Translations under genes and position numbers: made by a program
The notes under the pieces: generated by a model
Database searches by the model: none
What the model saw: the letters and a program-made list of their open reading frames with translations, nothing else
What the model was told of the DNA's origin: nothing
From: the human T2T-CHM13v2.0 reference genome, Homo sapiens
Direction: 5' to 3' (one strand)
DNA: 64,000 nt
Assembly (NCBI RefSeq): GCF_009914755.1
Contig: NC_060945.1
In this document: positions 1-15,005 of the stretch, in pieces
Layout of the letters: each line of letters begins with the position of its first letter
How positions within the stretch are numbered: position 1 is the first letter of the stretch

Positions 1-260
1 AAGGGTGAAGTCTAAGCCCCCCTGTAGCCTCCACTGATCCACTGACACTTCCTGGGGAGGCTTCTTGTTACTGCTGAGGGTGAGAAGAGCTCCAGCCCAC
101 CATTAGGCCTTTGCTGCCTCCCCCATGGCTGGAAGGGCAGGTGCTTTGTTTTTGCTGGGTGGGGGAAGGTTGCGGCTTTCCACTGGGCCTCCTCTGATGC
201 CTTCACAGGGAGCAGGAAGGGCACCACACTCCCTGGGTGACTGGTGCTGTGTCTTTGCAG

Positions 261-429
261 GAAGGTGGTGTGTCAGTGTGGCTACACGCATGAGCAGCAC
301 TTGGAGGAGGCTACCAAGCCCCACACCTTCCAGGGCACACAGTGGGACCCAAAGAAACATGTCCAGGAGATGCCAACCGATGCCTTTGGCGACATCGTCT
401 TCACGGGCCTGAGCCAGAAGGTGAAAAAG
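261..429 (+). CDS. TRPM2: TRPM2 exon 3 (MHR1/2; KVVCQCGYTHEQ...SQKVKK)
   Basis: ttgcAG acceptor at 259-260, donor GTTGGT at 430; 169 nt; translation matches human TRPM2 as recalled. Confidence 0.97.
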
Positions 430-1113
430 GTTGGTTTCCATCACTCTCGCTCTGAACTGTAGGTGGAGCTGCATGGCCCCACAGTGACACGCGGTGGTCG
501 GCATTTCCTGGGGCAAGAGCAGGAGGCTGGCAAAACTCCAGGGTGCATAGAGCCCACTGCACAGCAAGGGAAGCGGCGGGGAGGGGCTCTGCAAGGCAAG
601 CAAGACATGCACCCCACTCTCAGAGTGCTTGGCCATCTGCAAAGCAGGGTGGGGCACAGTGAGCTTTCTAGGAAGGTGCAAGCTGGGAGTGGTGAGTGAA
701 TTCTGGCTGGGTGTCCTTGGGCGGCATTTGTCAGGGCCTGGGAGGGAGTAGGGAGGAAGGAGAGGGATGCAGGACACAGATGCGCTCAGGGTGTGCTGGG
801 AGAATGGTAGGAAGGGTGTGGGGAGGGAGGGAAAAGCTGGGGGAAGGGGCCCAGGATAGCAGGGAGGCCCATGTGGCAAGTCTGGAAGCAAACGCCAGAG
901 TCCTTGCGAGGAGTCTGGGCCAGGCATGGCGGGATCCAGGCTGAGCCTGGCCTGCAGGAGAGCGCTGTGAGGGTGCAGACTGCTGGAGGGAGGCCCAGGT
1001 GCAGGGTTAGGTTCTCTCGTGCACAACCTCACTGAGGTCCCTGGACCAGCCATCTCTGACCAATTCTCAGGCCCCATCCCAGGCCTGTGGAGTCAGAGGC
1101 TCAGCCCCTTGCA

Positions 1114-1431
1114 TGTTGACCAGCCTTCTGGAGGGTTCTGAGACTCGCGTGTTGACCAGCCTTCTGGAGGGTTCTGAGACTCGCGTGTTGACCAGCCTTC
1201 TGGAGGGTTCTGAGACTCGCGTGTTGACCAGCCTTCTGGAGGGTTCTGAGACTCGCGTGTTGACCAGCCTTCTGGAGGGTTCTGAGACTTGTGTGTTGAC
1301 CAGCCTTCTGGAGGTTCTGAGACTTGCGTGTTGACCAGCCTTCTGGAGGGTTCTGAGACTTGCATTTTGACCAGCCTTCTGGAGGGTTCTGAGACTTGAG
1401 TGTTGACCAGCCTTCTGGAGGGTTCTGAGAC
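1114..1431. repeat. 36-bp minisatellite, about 9 copies
   Basis: Unit gttgaccagccttctggagggttctgagactcgcgt. Confidence 0.93.
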
Positions 1432-2924
1432 AGTGATTGGGTGCCACTGTCCTGGAGGTGGGGAGGGTGGCACTGATCTCTGTGCTGGCGTCTGGAGCCC
1501 TGAACTTGGTACCTGTCGAGTGTGACCTGTCCACTCAATGCATGGTGTTGCCATGAGGTGGCCAAAGAGGTTGAGTGGGGCAGGTCCCGGAGACGGGGTC
1601 ATGTGGCCCCAGGCTTCCTGGCTGGCACAGCCCCTGAGCCACCCTGTGTCACCATGACACGTGGGTGTTCTCCAGGCCCCTGGACCCCTCTGTCGCTGTG
1701 GTCACGGGGACAGTCCTGTTGTTGGGTTTCAGATGAGGGATTGAGGTATGGGGAGGCCCTACCTACCCTTTGTCTGACGCCACCGTGGCCGTGGCAGTGG
1801 TGGGTTTGAATCCAGCTGTGTCTGAGCCTGGGGTCTGGCTGCATCCCTCCCCCAACCCCCCGGCTTCTCCCAGCCCCCTCCCTGCAGCTGCCGACAGGGG
1901 CCGGTGGTGTGAGGGAGAAATGCCTGTGGCCTGACAGTGAGGGACGCCAGGGACACAGACCCTGTACTGCAGCAGGTCTGCCTCGAAGCCCGGGAGCGTC
2001 CACCATGCAGGCCACAGCCCTGCTCCTCCCAGGGAGACCAGCACCTCCAGATGCCTGGTGGACCCGGTGGGACCCACGTTCTGATGGTGACAGGCACTGT
2101 GCTTGTGGGTTAACTGGACCTTCTTTAGTGACAATGCCACCACATGGTTGTTTTGAGGGCACCTAATGGCATTTCTGGATTTCACCCATCACCTTTGTGT
2201 CTCTGCTAGGCCAATCCCGGCGGAGATTGCAGACCCCGCTGGGTCTCTTCAGACACAGCCCGCCTAGCGGAACAGGGAAAGTCCGCTGTGTACTTGGGAG
2301 GGTCTCCTGGAGGACGGGGGGCCAGAGTGACGACAGAACCTGGGAGAGCCGTGTTCAGACGGGAGGCCGAGGAAGCTGGGCCCACTGAGTCCCCAGGACG
2401 GGCCAGGGCACAGGGGCCACAGAGCAGAGGGGATAGGGCAGAGGGGACAGGAGAGGGGACAGGAGAGGGGACAGGAGAGGGGACAGGAGAGGGGGCAGTG
2501 CTGGGTGCACAAGGACAGAAGGGCAGAGACCCCGGTGCAGGAGCTGATTAGACCCGGGGGAGGCAGGGCCCAGGCGCTACGGCGGGAATTGGAGTCTGTG
2601 CTGGCGCATGTTTGGGAGGCGCTCCCAAAATCGAGAGGAAGAGGAAAAAGTGGGTGCCGTGGGGGCACGAGGGCTGGGGGAGGTTTGCTGAGGGCGATCC
2701 TGGTCCCCAAAGGATGGCCTGATGCTCCTGGCTTGGGCCTCTCTGCCTCCCTCTTCTCTCGTGATCTGTGCCCTGCCCACATGGGGACCCCTTTTCTGGG
2801 TCTGAGCCGGAAAGGTGTGCGGTGTCTGCCGCCCGCTGGGGCCTCTCTGCATGGCCTGTGTGGGTCGGTGCTGTCCCTGACCACTGACACACAGGTTCCC
2901 TCCGCCGTTTTCCCTTTCCCGCAG

Positions 2925-3105
2925 TACGTCCGAGTCTCCCAGGACACGCCCTCCAGCGTGATCTACCACCTCATGACCCAGCACTGGGGGCTGGACGTCC
3001 CCAATCTCTTGATCTCGGTGACCGGGGGGGCCAAGAACTTCAACATGAAGCCGCGGCTGAAGAGCATTTTCCGCAGAGGCCTGGTCAAGGTGGCTCAGAC
3101 CACAG
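2925..3105 (+). CDS. TRPM2: TRPM2 exon 4 (YVRVSQDTP...LLISVTGGAKNF...AQTT)
   Basis: Polypyrimidine tract + cAG, donor GTAACT; 181 nt; TRPM motif ISVTGGA. Confidence 0.97.
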
Positions 3106-3360
3106 GTAACTCGGAGGCTGGAGGGACACGAGGCCCCGGCGGGTGGGGTGGGCTGTGGAGGCAGTGCTGGGGCAATCAGGGCCATCAGGACCCAAAAAGT
3201 CCCTGGGAGCCGCCGAGGCTGTGCCCCAGCCTGAGTCGGACCCATGCACCTCTCACCTGGGCACAGCTGCTCCCTGACGCCCGATGCTCCCACTGGCTTG
3301 CCTGTGGGCTGGAGATGGCTCAGTGCATGGCCCTGCTGGTGCCCAGGGCCAAGCAGAGAT

Positions 3361-3480
3361 GAGAACCTTGGTGGCCTGGGAACCTTGGTGGCCTGAGAAC
3401 CTTGGTGGCCTGGGAACCTCGGTGGCCTGAGAACCTTGGTGGCCTGGGAATCTTGGTGGCCTGAGAACCTCGGTGGCCTG
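3361..3480. repeat. 17-bp minisatellite, about 7 copies
   Basis: Unit g(a/g)gaaccttggtggcct. Confidence 0.9.
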
Positions 3481-4300
3481 GGTGCACGGCTGGGGCCAGC
3501 ACTGCAGGCCATTTGTAGGGGGTCAGCGAGAGTTCCCGGTCATCAAGCTTTCCATTATCGTGTTTTTCCATCAAAATCAGGGAAGGAGCATTATTATTTC
3601 CATCTCTTCACTTAAGGCAACTGCCTGGTTGGAGTCAAATCACCTCCCAAGGTTGCACCACTGGTGAGAGCCAGGCAGGGACCCAGTCCTGGTGGATGGT
3701 GTGAGATCCCAGGTGCCGTGACCTGGTGCCCCGCCCCACCCTAATTCCATGGGGAGGGGGCCCCAAGTCCTCAAGGCTCCCTGGGCCTCCCTGGAGGGGA
3801 CTGTGGATGAATAGTGAGGCCCTGAGGTGACTACTTGGCAATGTTGCGTCCGGATGGGCCTAGAGTCACCCTGCTCTTCCTGGGGTCTGGGGTCTGGTCT
3901 TTGCCTCGCAGTGGAGTCGTAACTGAGCCTGACTTGGCCTGCATGGCTCACAGAGTCCTCAGTTTCATTGTCTGCCTGGTGAGCGTGAGGCACGGCTGCA
4001 TCTTTTGACCTGTGAGTCCCACAGCCCTGCTTGTAAAATGACCAGACCTTTTCTCAGCCTGGTCACATGGGACTGGGTTTAACGCAGGTCACCATCCCAC
4101 AGGCTCTTTCTGAAGCTTTGCTGCCTCAAATAATGCCATGGATTTGTTCAGGTCTCACCTGCTCCAGGTCTTGATGTTGCATTTTTTTAGCTTTCAATAT
4201 CCGTGTCCTTGTTGTCCGCTTCCTGGCCCAAAGCCAGTACCACCTTTTCAATTGTTATCTTTCTATCTATCTATCTCCATCCTTCCATCCATCCATCTAT

Positions 4301-4902
<602 letters not shown>

Positions 4903-5099
4903 GGAGGTGTGTTTCTTACAGGGGTGGCTGCAAACCACCAGCAGCAGATGGCAGGTGGGAGGTGAGGGGCATCCTTCCTAGGGACCAGGCTGAGTGTTGG
5001 GAGCGAGGAAGCACTCTGCCGCACCTGGGTCCTGAAAGCTGGGAGGAAGAGGGAAAGCAAAATACAAGAATGCAGAGAGGTGCTGAGAACCGCGATCCT

Positions 5100-5348
5100 G
5101 AGACTGGGGCCTGAGGAGGCGGCAGGGACCGGGAGAGGGGCGGGGCCTGCTCCTGTTCCCACCCCACCTGAGCGCGTGGGAACCTCGGTTCCTTACACCT
5201 GATGCTGGTTTGAAAGCCCCTGAGTGAGGAGCTCTGCGTTGTTGGGGGCGGGGCATCGCTGAGCCTAGAAGGGCTCAGGCGTCAGGCTCCTGGGTGTCAG
5301 GGTGCCCCTCAGTGCTGTGGGGCCTGCCCACCCGTGCTCCTTCCCCAG
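5100..5348 (+). promoter_or_regulatory. Candidate internal promoter in intron 4
   Basis: GGGGCGGGGC boxes at 5137-5146 and 5245-5254, upstream of in-frame ATG (M215) at 5387. Confidence 0.45.
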
Positions 5349-5515
5349 GGGCCTGGATCATCACAGGGGGGTCCCACACCGGCGTCATGAAGCAGGTAGG
5401 CGAGGCGGTGCGGGACTTCAGCCTGAGCAGCAGCTACAAGGAAGGCGAGCTCATCACCATCGGAGTCGCCACCTGGGGCACTGTCCACCGCCGCGAGGGC
5501 CTGATCCATCCCACG
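5349..5515 (+). CDS. TRPM2: TRPM2 exon 5 (GAWIITGGSHTGVMKQVGEAV...IHPT)
   Basis: ccccAG / GTGAGT; 167 nt; phase fits exons 4 and 6. Confidence 0.97.
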
Positions 5516-5551
5516 GTGAGTGCGGCCCCCTAGGGAGGGGAGCCTAAGACC

Positions 5552-5852
5552 AGGGGTGTGGGTGAGGTCTGACTGGGCGCTGTGGGGAGCAGGTGGAGTG
5601 TACGGGGGCCGGGGTGTGGGTGACGTCTGACCGGGCGCTGCGGGGAGCAGGTGGAGTGTGCGGGGGAGGCGGGGTGTGGGTGACGTCTGACCGGGTGCTG
5701 CGGGGAGCAGGTGGAGTGTGCGGGGGAGGCGGGGTGTGGGTGACGTCTGACCGGGTGCTGCGGGGAGCAGGTGGAGTGTGCGGGGGAGGCGGGGTGTGGG
5801 TGACGTCTGACCGGGTGCTGTGAGGAGCAGGTGGAGTGTGCGGGGGAGGCGG
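5552..5852. repeat. 60-bp G-rich minisatellite, about 5 copies
   Basis: Unit ggggtgtgggtgacgtctgaccgggtgctgcggggagcaggtggagtgtgcgggggaggc. Confidence 0.93.
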
Positions 5853-7013
5853 GCACACTCAGGAGATTGGGTGCAACTCCCGGCCCACCCCTGACCCAGG
5901 TGACCCCGGACAAACGGCTAACTTGGCTGGACTCTGGTATCTCCCTCAAGGTTGTAAGAGGGGTCCACGTGACAGTCACTCGCTGCGAGGGTTCCGCTAA
6001 CAGAGCAGAGGGAGGGGGCGTGGCCAGCAGGCAGCTGGGTGGGGCTGAGCCAGGGCGATCCGACCCCGAACCGGAGCTTTTAGCACTTTGAGTCCCTGTA
6101 CTCAGAGGTCTCCTGCAGCCGGGAATCCCACTGTGCTGTGGTCCCTGGCAGCCAGCACCCACCCCCAGCTTCTCTGTCAAGGTTGAGGACGGAGCACTCC
6201 TGCCTCTGATTAACTGGACGCAGGAGAAGCAGTTGCTTTAATCCGGAGCCTTGAGTTGGGACAGATAATGAGTCATTCAACCAGATTTTCCAAGGACACA
6301 CTAACTTTGGTATGATGCGTGTGTGCCCCTGAATCCACGTGGTCAGGAAAGCCCAGGGAACACTGGCCTGTGACTCACTGAGCAGGTTCCCTTGTTACCC
6401 CGAGGGGTGATTTACTCCTCTGACAGTGACACGGACACTGTGCGTCCATTCCCCGGGCGGGCAGAGGACACTCCCAGATGCCCACGAGGGGCCCAGCAAG
6501 CACTGGCCAGCCCCAGCCCGGCCTTCGCCTTCCTTTGCGTCAGAATCATGAATGTGTCCGGCGGGGTCGGACTGGACCAGCTGTTGGGCTTTGTTTGCTC
6601 TTTTTACGAATTGAAAAACTGAAGCCAGGAGCGGCTGGGTGACGTCCCAGGTCACTCCTTACTTTCCTCCCCACGCTGAGTTCAGACGACTTCCCGTGAC
6701 ACCACTGTTGGTGGCGGAATGGGACTGTGGCTGCTTCCGCTCAGCCACGCTCCCTCTCTGTGGACGGCGGAGGGTGTGTGTCCCAGCCCGGCTGCCGCCC
6801 TCCCTTAGGTCTGTCTCCCGGGGCTGCTGTAACCCAGGCTCACAAACCTGGTGGCTTAAAGCAGCAGAAACTTAGTCTATCAGATCTGGAATCCGCGTCG
6901 ATTGGCCATCATCCAGCCATCGGTGTTGGCGGGGCCACCTCCCTCTAGGGCCTAGGGGAAGAGCATTCCTTGCTGCCTCCAGCGTCTGGGTGCTGATGGT
7001 ATTCCCTGGCCAG

Positions 7014-7414
7014 TGGCCACCTCCCTCCAGTCGCTGCCTCCGTGTCCCATGGCCGCCTCCCTCCAGTCTCTGCCTCCGTGTCCCGTGGCCGCCTCCCTCC
7101 AGTGTCTGCCTCCGTGTCCCGTGGCCGCCTCCCTCCAGTGTCTGCCTCCGTGTCCCGTGGCCGCCTCCCTCCAGTGTCTGCCTCCGTGTCCCGTGGCCGC
7201 CTCCCTCCAGTCTCTGCCTCCGTGTCCCGTGGCCGCCTCCCTCCAGTCTCTGCCTCCGTGTCCCGTGGCCGCCTCCCTCCAGTCTCTGCCTCCGTGTCCC
7301 GTGGCCGCCTCCCTCCAGTCTCTGCCTCCGTGTCCCGTGGCCGCCTCCCTCCAGTCTCTGCCTCCGTGTCCCGTGGCCGCCTCCCTCCAGTCTCTGCCTC
7401 CGTGTCCCGTGGCC
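7014..7414. repeat. 36-bp CpG-containing VNTR, about 11 copies, inside the MLT1 LTR
   Basis: Unit ggccgcctccctccagt(c/g)tctgcctccgtgtcccgt. Confidence 0.93.
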
Positions 7415-7706
7415 TTCTCTGTGTGCCTGTGTCAAATCTCCCCCAAGAGTTCCGTAAGAACACTCGTGATGGCGTGTAGGTCCCACTAGGGTCATCTAGG
7501 GTGATGCCTTCATATCCAGATCTTTAACTGACATCTGCAAAGATGCTTTTCCAAACAAGGAAATGAGGAGCAGCACTTACCGGGTCCATGAGCAGGCCTT
7601 GATGTCTTTGGGTGGCCATGATTCAGCCAACTGCGGTCCTCCCTCTGACCTCAAAGATTTCTGTCCACTCCACAGGCAAAATATGTTCACACCATTGCCA
7701 GATCTT

Positions 7707-8378
<672 letters not shown>

Positions 8379-8930
8379 ATCATCAGCTCAAAAGTCCCAA
8401 ATGTCATCATTTAAGTCAGGGACGCTGAAGACTCTGGGTCTGATCCATTCTGGGGCAGAATTTCTCTTCATATGTGCACCTGTGAGACCAGAAAACAAGT
8501 CACCTATCTCCAAAATACAAGGGAAGAGCAGGTGTAGCATCACAGCTGCAGACACTCTCATTCCCAATGGGGGAACACGGGAGGAACGAAGGCATCACCA
8601 GCCCCAGGCAATTCCAAAACCCGGCAGGCAGAATGCACTAGGTGATAAGACCGGGGAGACCCCTCTGTGGCTTGGGCACCCCCTACCCTGCTCTGTGTCC
8701 ACGGCCCTGCCTTCAGGACGATCCTTTTCCCTGAAGGTTATAGCTTTTAGTCTGCTTGAAGATTTTAAGGAGTCTGACGACCTTTCATTTTATCCCGTCT
8801 CTGTCCCTTTCAGTCCAAATTTGCAGTGTTGTTGTTGATATAACATTTGTGAAAACCTTGCAGTCCTCCTTTGAATGCCATAGGAATTTCTGCCAGTAGA
8901 CAAAAAGGGCTCTGCAGACCTTTCCTGTGA

Positions 8931-11015
<2,085 letters not shown>

Positions 11016-11640
11016 CTCCGCAAGGCCTTTAATACCACATTCCCACCAACATTCTCTTCAAGGACGTTGAGATGTTTTCCATTCATGGTGCTTCTAAATC
11101 CTCCCGTCGTCTCCCCATTGCCGGTTTCAATGCCACTTCCACATTTTTAGGTGTTTGTTGCAGCAGCAGCCCACTTCCTCACCCCAGACCTGTATCCGTT
11201 TCCTGTGGCTGCCGTAACAAATGGCCTCAAGCCTGAAACAGCAGCATTGTGGTCTCTCACGTGTCTGGAGGACAGAACTCTGAAGTCAGGGTCACACGTC
11301 TGTTTCCCCGCCTCCTCCACTCCTGGGGGGTCCGGCTTTCTCCACTTGTGGCTATGTCACTTGCCCCTGCCTCTGTGGTCCCTCGGCCTCCTCTCCTGTG
11401 TGTGTCCCCCACCACCTCTCTCCTGTAAGGACACCTGTGATGGTATTTTGGGCCCACTCGGATCATCCAAGTTAATCTCATGTTTCGATCACATGTGCAA
11501 AGTCGCTTTCTCCAATAAGGCCACGTCCACAGATTCCAGGGACTGGGACCTGGTCTCTGTGAGGGCCGGTGTTCAGCCTGCTCGCGTTAGAGAGGCAGAG
11601 CTTTCCAGAAGCAGTGTCTGACGCTTCCTGGCCATCCCAG

Positions 11641-11821
11641 GGCAGCTTCCCCGCCGAGTACATACTGGATGAGGATGGCCAAGGGAACCTGACCTGCCTA
11701 GACAGCAACCACTCTCACTTCATCCTCGTGGACGACGGGACCCACGGCCAGTACGGGGTGGAGATTCCTCTGAGGACCAGGCTGGAGAAGTTCATATCGG
11801 AGCAGACCAAGGAAAGAGGAG
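11641..11821 (+). CDS. TRPM2: TRPM2 exon 6 (GSFPAEY...[26 protein letters not shown])
   Basis: cccAG / GTAGGG; 181 nt; TRPM motif [10 protein letters not shown]. Confidence 0.97.
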
Positions 11822-11849
11822 GTAGGGGAGCTTGCTTTCGAGGGTGATT

Positions 11850-12045
11850 GGGCAGAGAGCACAGTGGGCTGGTCAGAGTGTCAGGTACAGCTGGTCACGA
11901 CCAGGACGTTCAACAGGCCTGGCGTTTGGCAGAGAGTGCAGTGGGCTGGTCAGAGTGTCAGGTACAGCTGGTCACAGGTCATTCGTGGCACTCGGCAGAG
12001 AGCGCGGTGAGCTGGTCAGACTGTCAGGTACAGCTGGTCACAACC
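11850..12045. repeat. Imperfect triplicated unit just after the exon 6 donor
   Basis: Core ggcagagagYRYRgtgRgctggtcagaStgtcaggtacagctggtcac x3. Confidence 0.8.
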
Positions 12046-12609
12046 AGGATGTTCATGGTACTCGGAACGTCCTCAGAACACACCTGGGTTTCTTTCCCGT
12101 GTCTCTTTATACTTTGTTCCAGGAGGGTCATCTTCTCTTGCCCATTTTAGCCAGTGGGAGGGCGGTCTGGGGGGCTGGCAGCTCACCTGTGTGCTCGCAG
12201 GTAATGGGCCAACCTACATTTTTTTTGGGACAGGGTCTGGAGCGCAGTGGTGTGATCTCAGCTCACTGTAGCCTCGAACTTCTGGGCTCAAGGGATCCTC
12301 CCATCACCCTCCCAAAGTGCTGGGATTACAAGCTTGAACCACTGTGCCTGGCCCTACAATTATTTTAAACCTTGATCATGGTCTGCTCTCAGGTTCAGAA
12401 ATCAGAATGTACGATAGTCAAAACTTAGGATTTGATACCTTTTTCCTCATAGGTGGGATGGGATGGGTTTGAGGACGTCGGGAGGTCAAGTGCGGGGTTT
12501 TGCATATCACTTGAGGAGGGTTCAAAGAGGAGATGGTGAACGGGAGGTGTCTGACCTGTGGCTGGGTGGGCTGGGGTCCCTTGCAGGGTTCCTTGTGCAT
12601 CGAACTCCC

Positions 12610-12912
12610 CTGGAGGGTTCCTCACCAGCTTGTGGGCCCCAGCCCCAGGGTCCAACTCAGCAGCTCCAGGTGGGCTGAGAACTTGCATTAGGAGCACGTT
12701 CCCTGGTGAGGGCGATGCTGCAGTTCAGGGACCAGGGACCACACTTTGAGAACCCTGCTTGACTAGTAGGAGCACGTTCCCTGGTGAGGACGATGCTGCA
12801 GTTCAGGGACCAGGGACCACACTTTGAGAACCTGCTTGACTAGTAGGAGCACGTTCCCTGGTGAGGGCGATGCTGCAGTTCAGGGACCACACTTTGAGAA
12901 CCTGCTTGACTA
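12610..12912. repeat. MER5A-like remnant with a triplicated ~75-bp end
   Basis: taggagcacgttccctggtgag...gaccacactttgagaacc x3. Confidence 0.75.
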
Positions 12913-13519
12913 GGACATCTGGGGTGGGATGTGTGGGTGAGTGTGTGAAGACGATGGGCCCATGGGGGGCTCACAGACAGAGTTTGCTGCCTGGGGAAAG
13001 GGGTTGCCAAGTCCTTCTCAGGCTCCACTGCTGTTGGGCTGGATGAAGTTCAGGGTGGGGCTGGGCGGATGGACACAGGATGGACGTGCCGCATGCTGCT
13101 CGCATCCACGCGTGGCAGGTTGTGCCACCTGCTTGGGGCCTCAGCTCTGATTGTCCATAGCCCCTCTCCCTCCCTCCCAAGAAAGCAGGCAGGGGTGGAT
13201 GGGAAGCAAGCGAGCGGGGAAGTGTGGGTGGCGGGGGGCTCTTGAGTCTGCTCATTGATGTGGAACAGGCAGGTCCCCTGGGAATGTGGAGCTTTGACTT
13301 TAAACGGCGACTCAGCACTGGCAAGAGGCCTCCCAGCAGGTGCTTCAGTGTGTGGTTAGGCTGGAGCCAGCAGGGGGCAGGGGAGAGTGCCCTCAGTGCA
13401 GGGTCTTGCCCCCCACCTCTGTCCCCTCACTCGGCTCCATGCTTTGTTCAGGTGTGGCCCTCACTCGGCTCCGTGCTTTGTTTAGGTGTGGCCCTCACTC
13501 GGCTGTGTGCTTTTTCTAG

Positions 13520-13581
13520 GTGTGGCCATCAAGATCCCCATCGTGTGCGTGGTGCTGGAGGGCGGCCCGGGCACGTTGCAC
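13520..13581 (+). CDS. TRPM2: TRPM2 exon 7 (VAIKIPIVCVVLEGGPGTLH)
   Basis: tttttctAG / GTGAGT; 62 nt; of three tandem acceptors only this one keeps the frame. Confidence 0.95.
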
Positions 13582-14804
13582 GTGAGTATGGCCAGGTGGG
13601 AGGGGGCATGTGTGGGCCCGTCCTGCTGCAGGCAGATGACTGTCCAAAAGTGCTTGTCTCAGAACTCAAGACTGTTGGCAAGAGGGCGATGAGCTTTCCC
13701 ACCAGAAGAAGAGAAAGAGCATCTACGCTGTGTCGGGGCTGCTTCTGGGTGGGTGGAGGACGGGTCGGAGGAAGGTGCCTGGAGGAGGAGGCTGGGCTTG
13801 GCTATGACTGGGCCATTGACCGGCGTGGAAGGAAAGGGTGGGGCCCCAGGGCCTGGAGTGAGTGGGGAGCCTCTGCTCCCAGGACCTGCTGGGGAGGCTG
13901 GGGGGTTTCTACAACTCTGCCCCCAAGATTCCTCCAGGAAGCATTTTTCAAAGTACAGGGCTGTGGCCCCCATCCCAGATCCGTGGTGCCAGCAGCTGTG
14001 TGACTGCAGATTTGGCAGGCAGCTTGAATGCGCTGCTCTGCCGGCCTTCCTTCCCGACCCTAACCCTAACTGCTTTGTGGCGTGCAGGGTGCGAGGTGAC
14101 CTCACCTGCTGTAGGAATGTACGAGGACATATAGCCTGAGGATCTGGAGCAAGAGTATGGGCTTTTGTGAAGGATGGGATCACAGGCAATGTCCCGTTTA
14201 TGTTTCATGATTGCAGGAGGTCAAAACAGAGCCTTGGGGGCTTGAGGCTGGATGGGAATCCATAGAGCACTGGGTCCTCACTCCCTATGCGTGCCGAGTA
14301 CCCTTCACGGCTCTTCTGCTGGGGCGGCTGCACCCGCCTCCTTACCCCAGGCCGATGCTCATGCACACGGCAGAGTCCTTCCTGCCAGACAGCTTTGTGT
14401 CCAGTCCCTTCCCGAAGTCCAGCACACCCTGGAGCCCAGGTGCCCTCCTCATGGCTCTGCTCTTACTGTGGGCTTTTATGAGGTCGGTAACTCCAGGTCC
14501 ATGCAGCGTCCCCTTTGCTGCGAGGCCCTCACGTCTGCAGGTCCATGGGCAAAAATGCTGGGAGTCTTTGATTCTGCTGGAGCTGAGGCCTGAGAGGTGC
14601 CAGGTGTGCAGCCCCCAGTGTGTTGGGGCAGCTCCCTCTTCCCCCAGAGCAGGGGACGCCACGAAACTAATAAGTGCTTTCAGTGGATCTCGGAGTAGTG
14701 TTAGCCAGCTCTGCCCTTAGCTGGCCTTGGAGAATTCTCCATTTCAGAAAGCATCGGAGCGGTGAGGACCCAGTCCCGGGCTCACACCCCCACCTGCCTT
14801 GCAG

Positions 14805-15005
14805 ACCATCGACAACGCCACCACCAACGGCACCCCCTGTGTGGTTGTGGAGGGCTCGGGCCGCGTGGCCGACGTCATTGCCCAGGTGGCCAACCTGCCT
14901 GTCTCGGACATCACTATCTCCCTGATCCAGCAGAAACTGAGCGTGTTCTTCCAGGAGATGTTTGAGACCTTCACGGAAAGCAGGATTGTCGAGTGGACCA
15001 AAAAG
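14805..15005 (+). CDS. TRPM2: TRPM2 exon 8 (TIDNATTNGTPCVVVEGSGRVAD...EWTKK)
   Basis: ttgcAG / GTGAGG; 201 nt. Confidence 0.97.

Noticed and set aside
14057-14069. Telomere-like CCCTAA x2
   Set aside because: Too short to distinguish from chance
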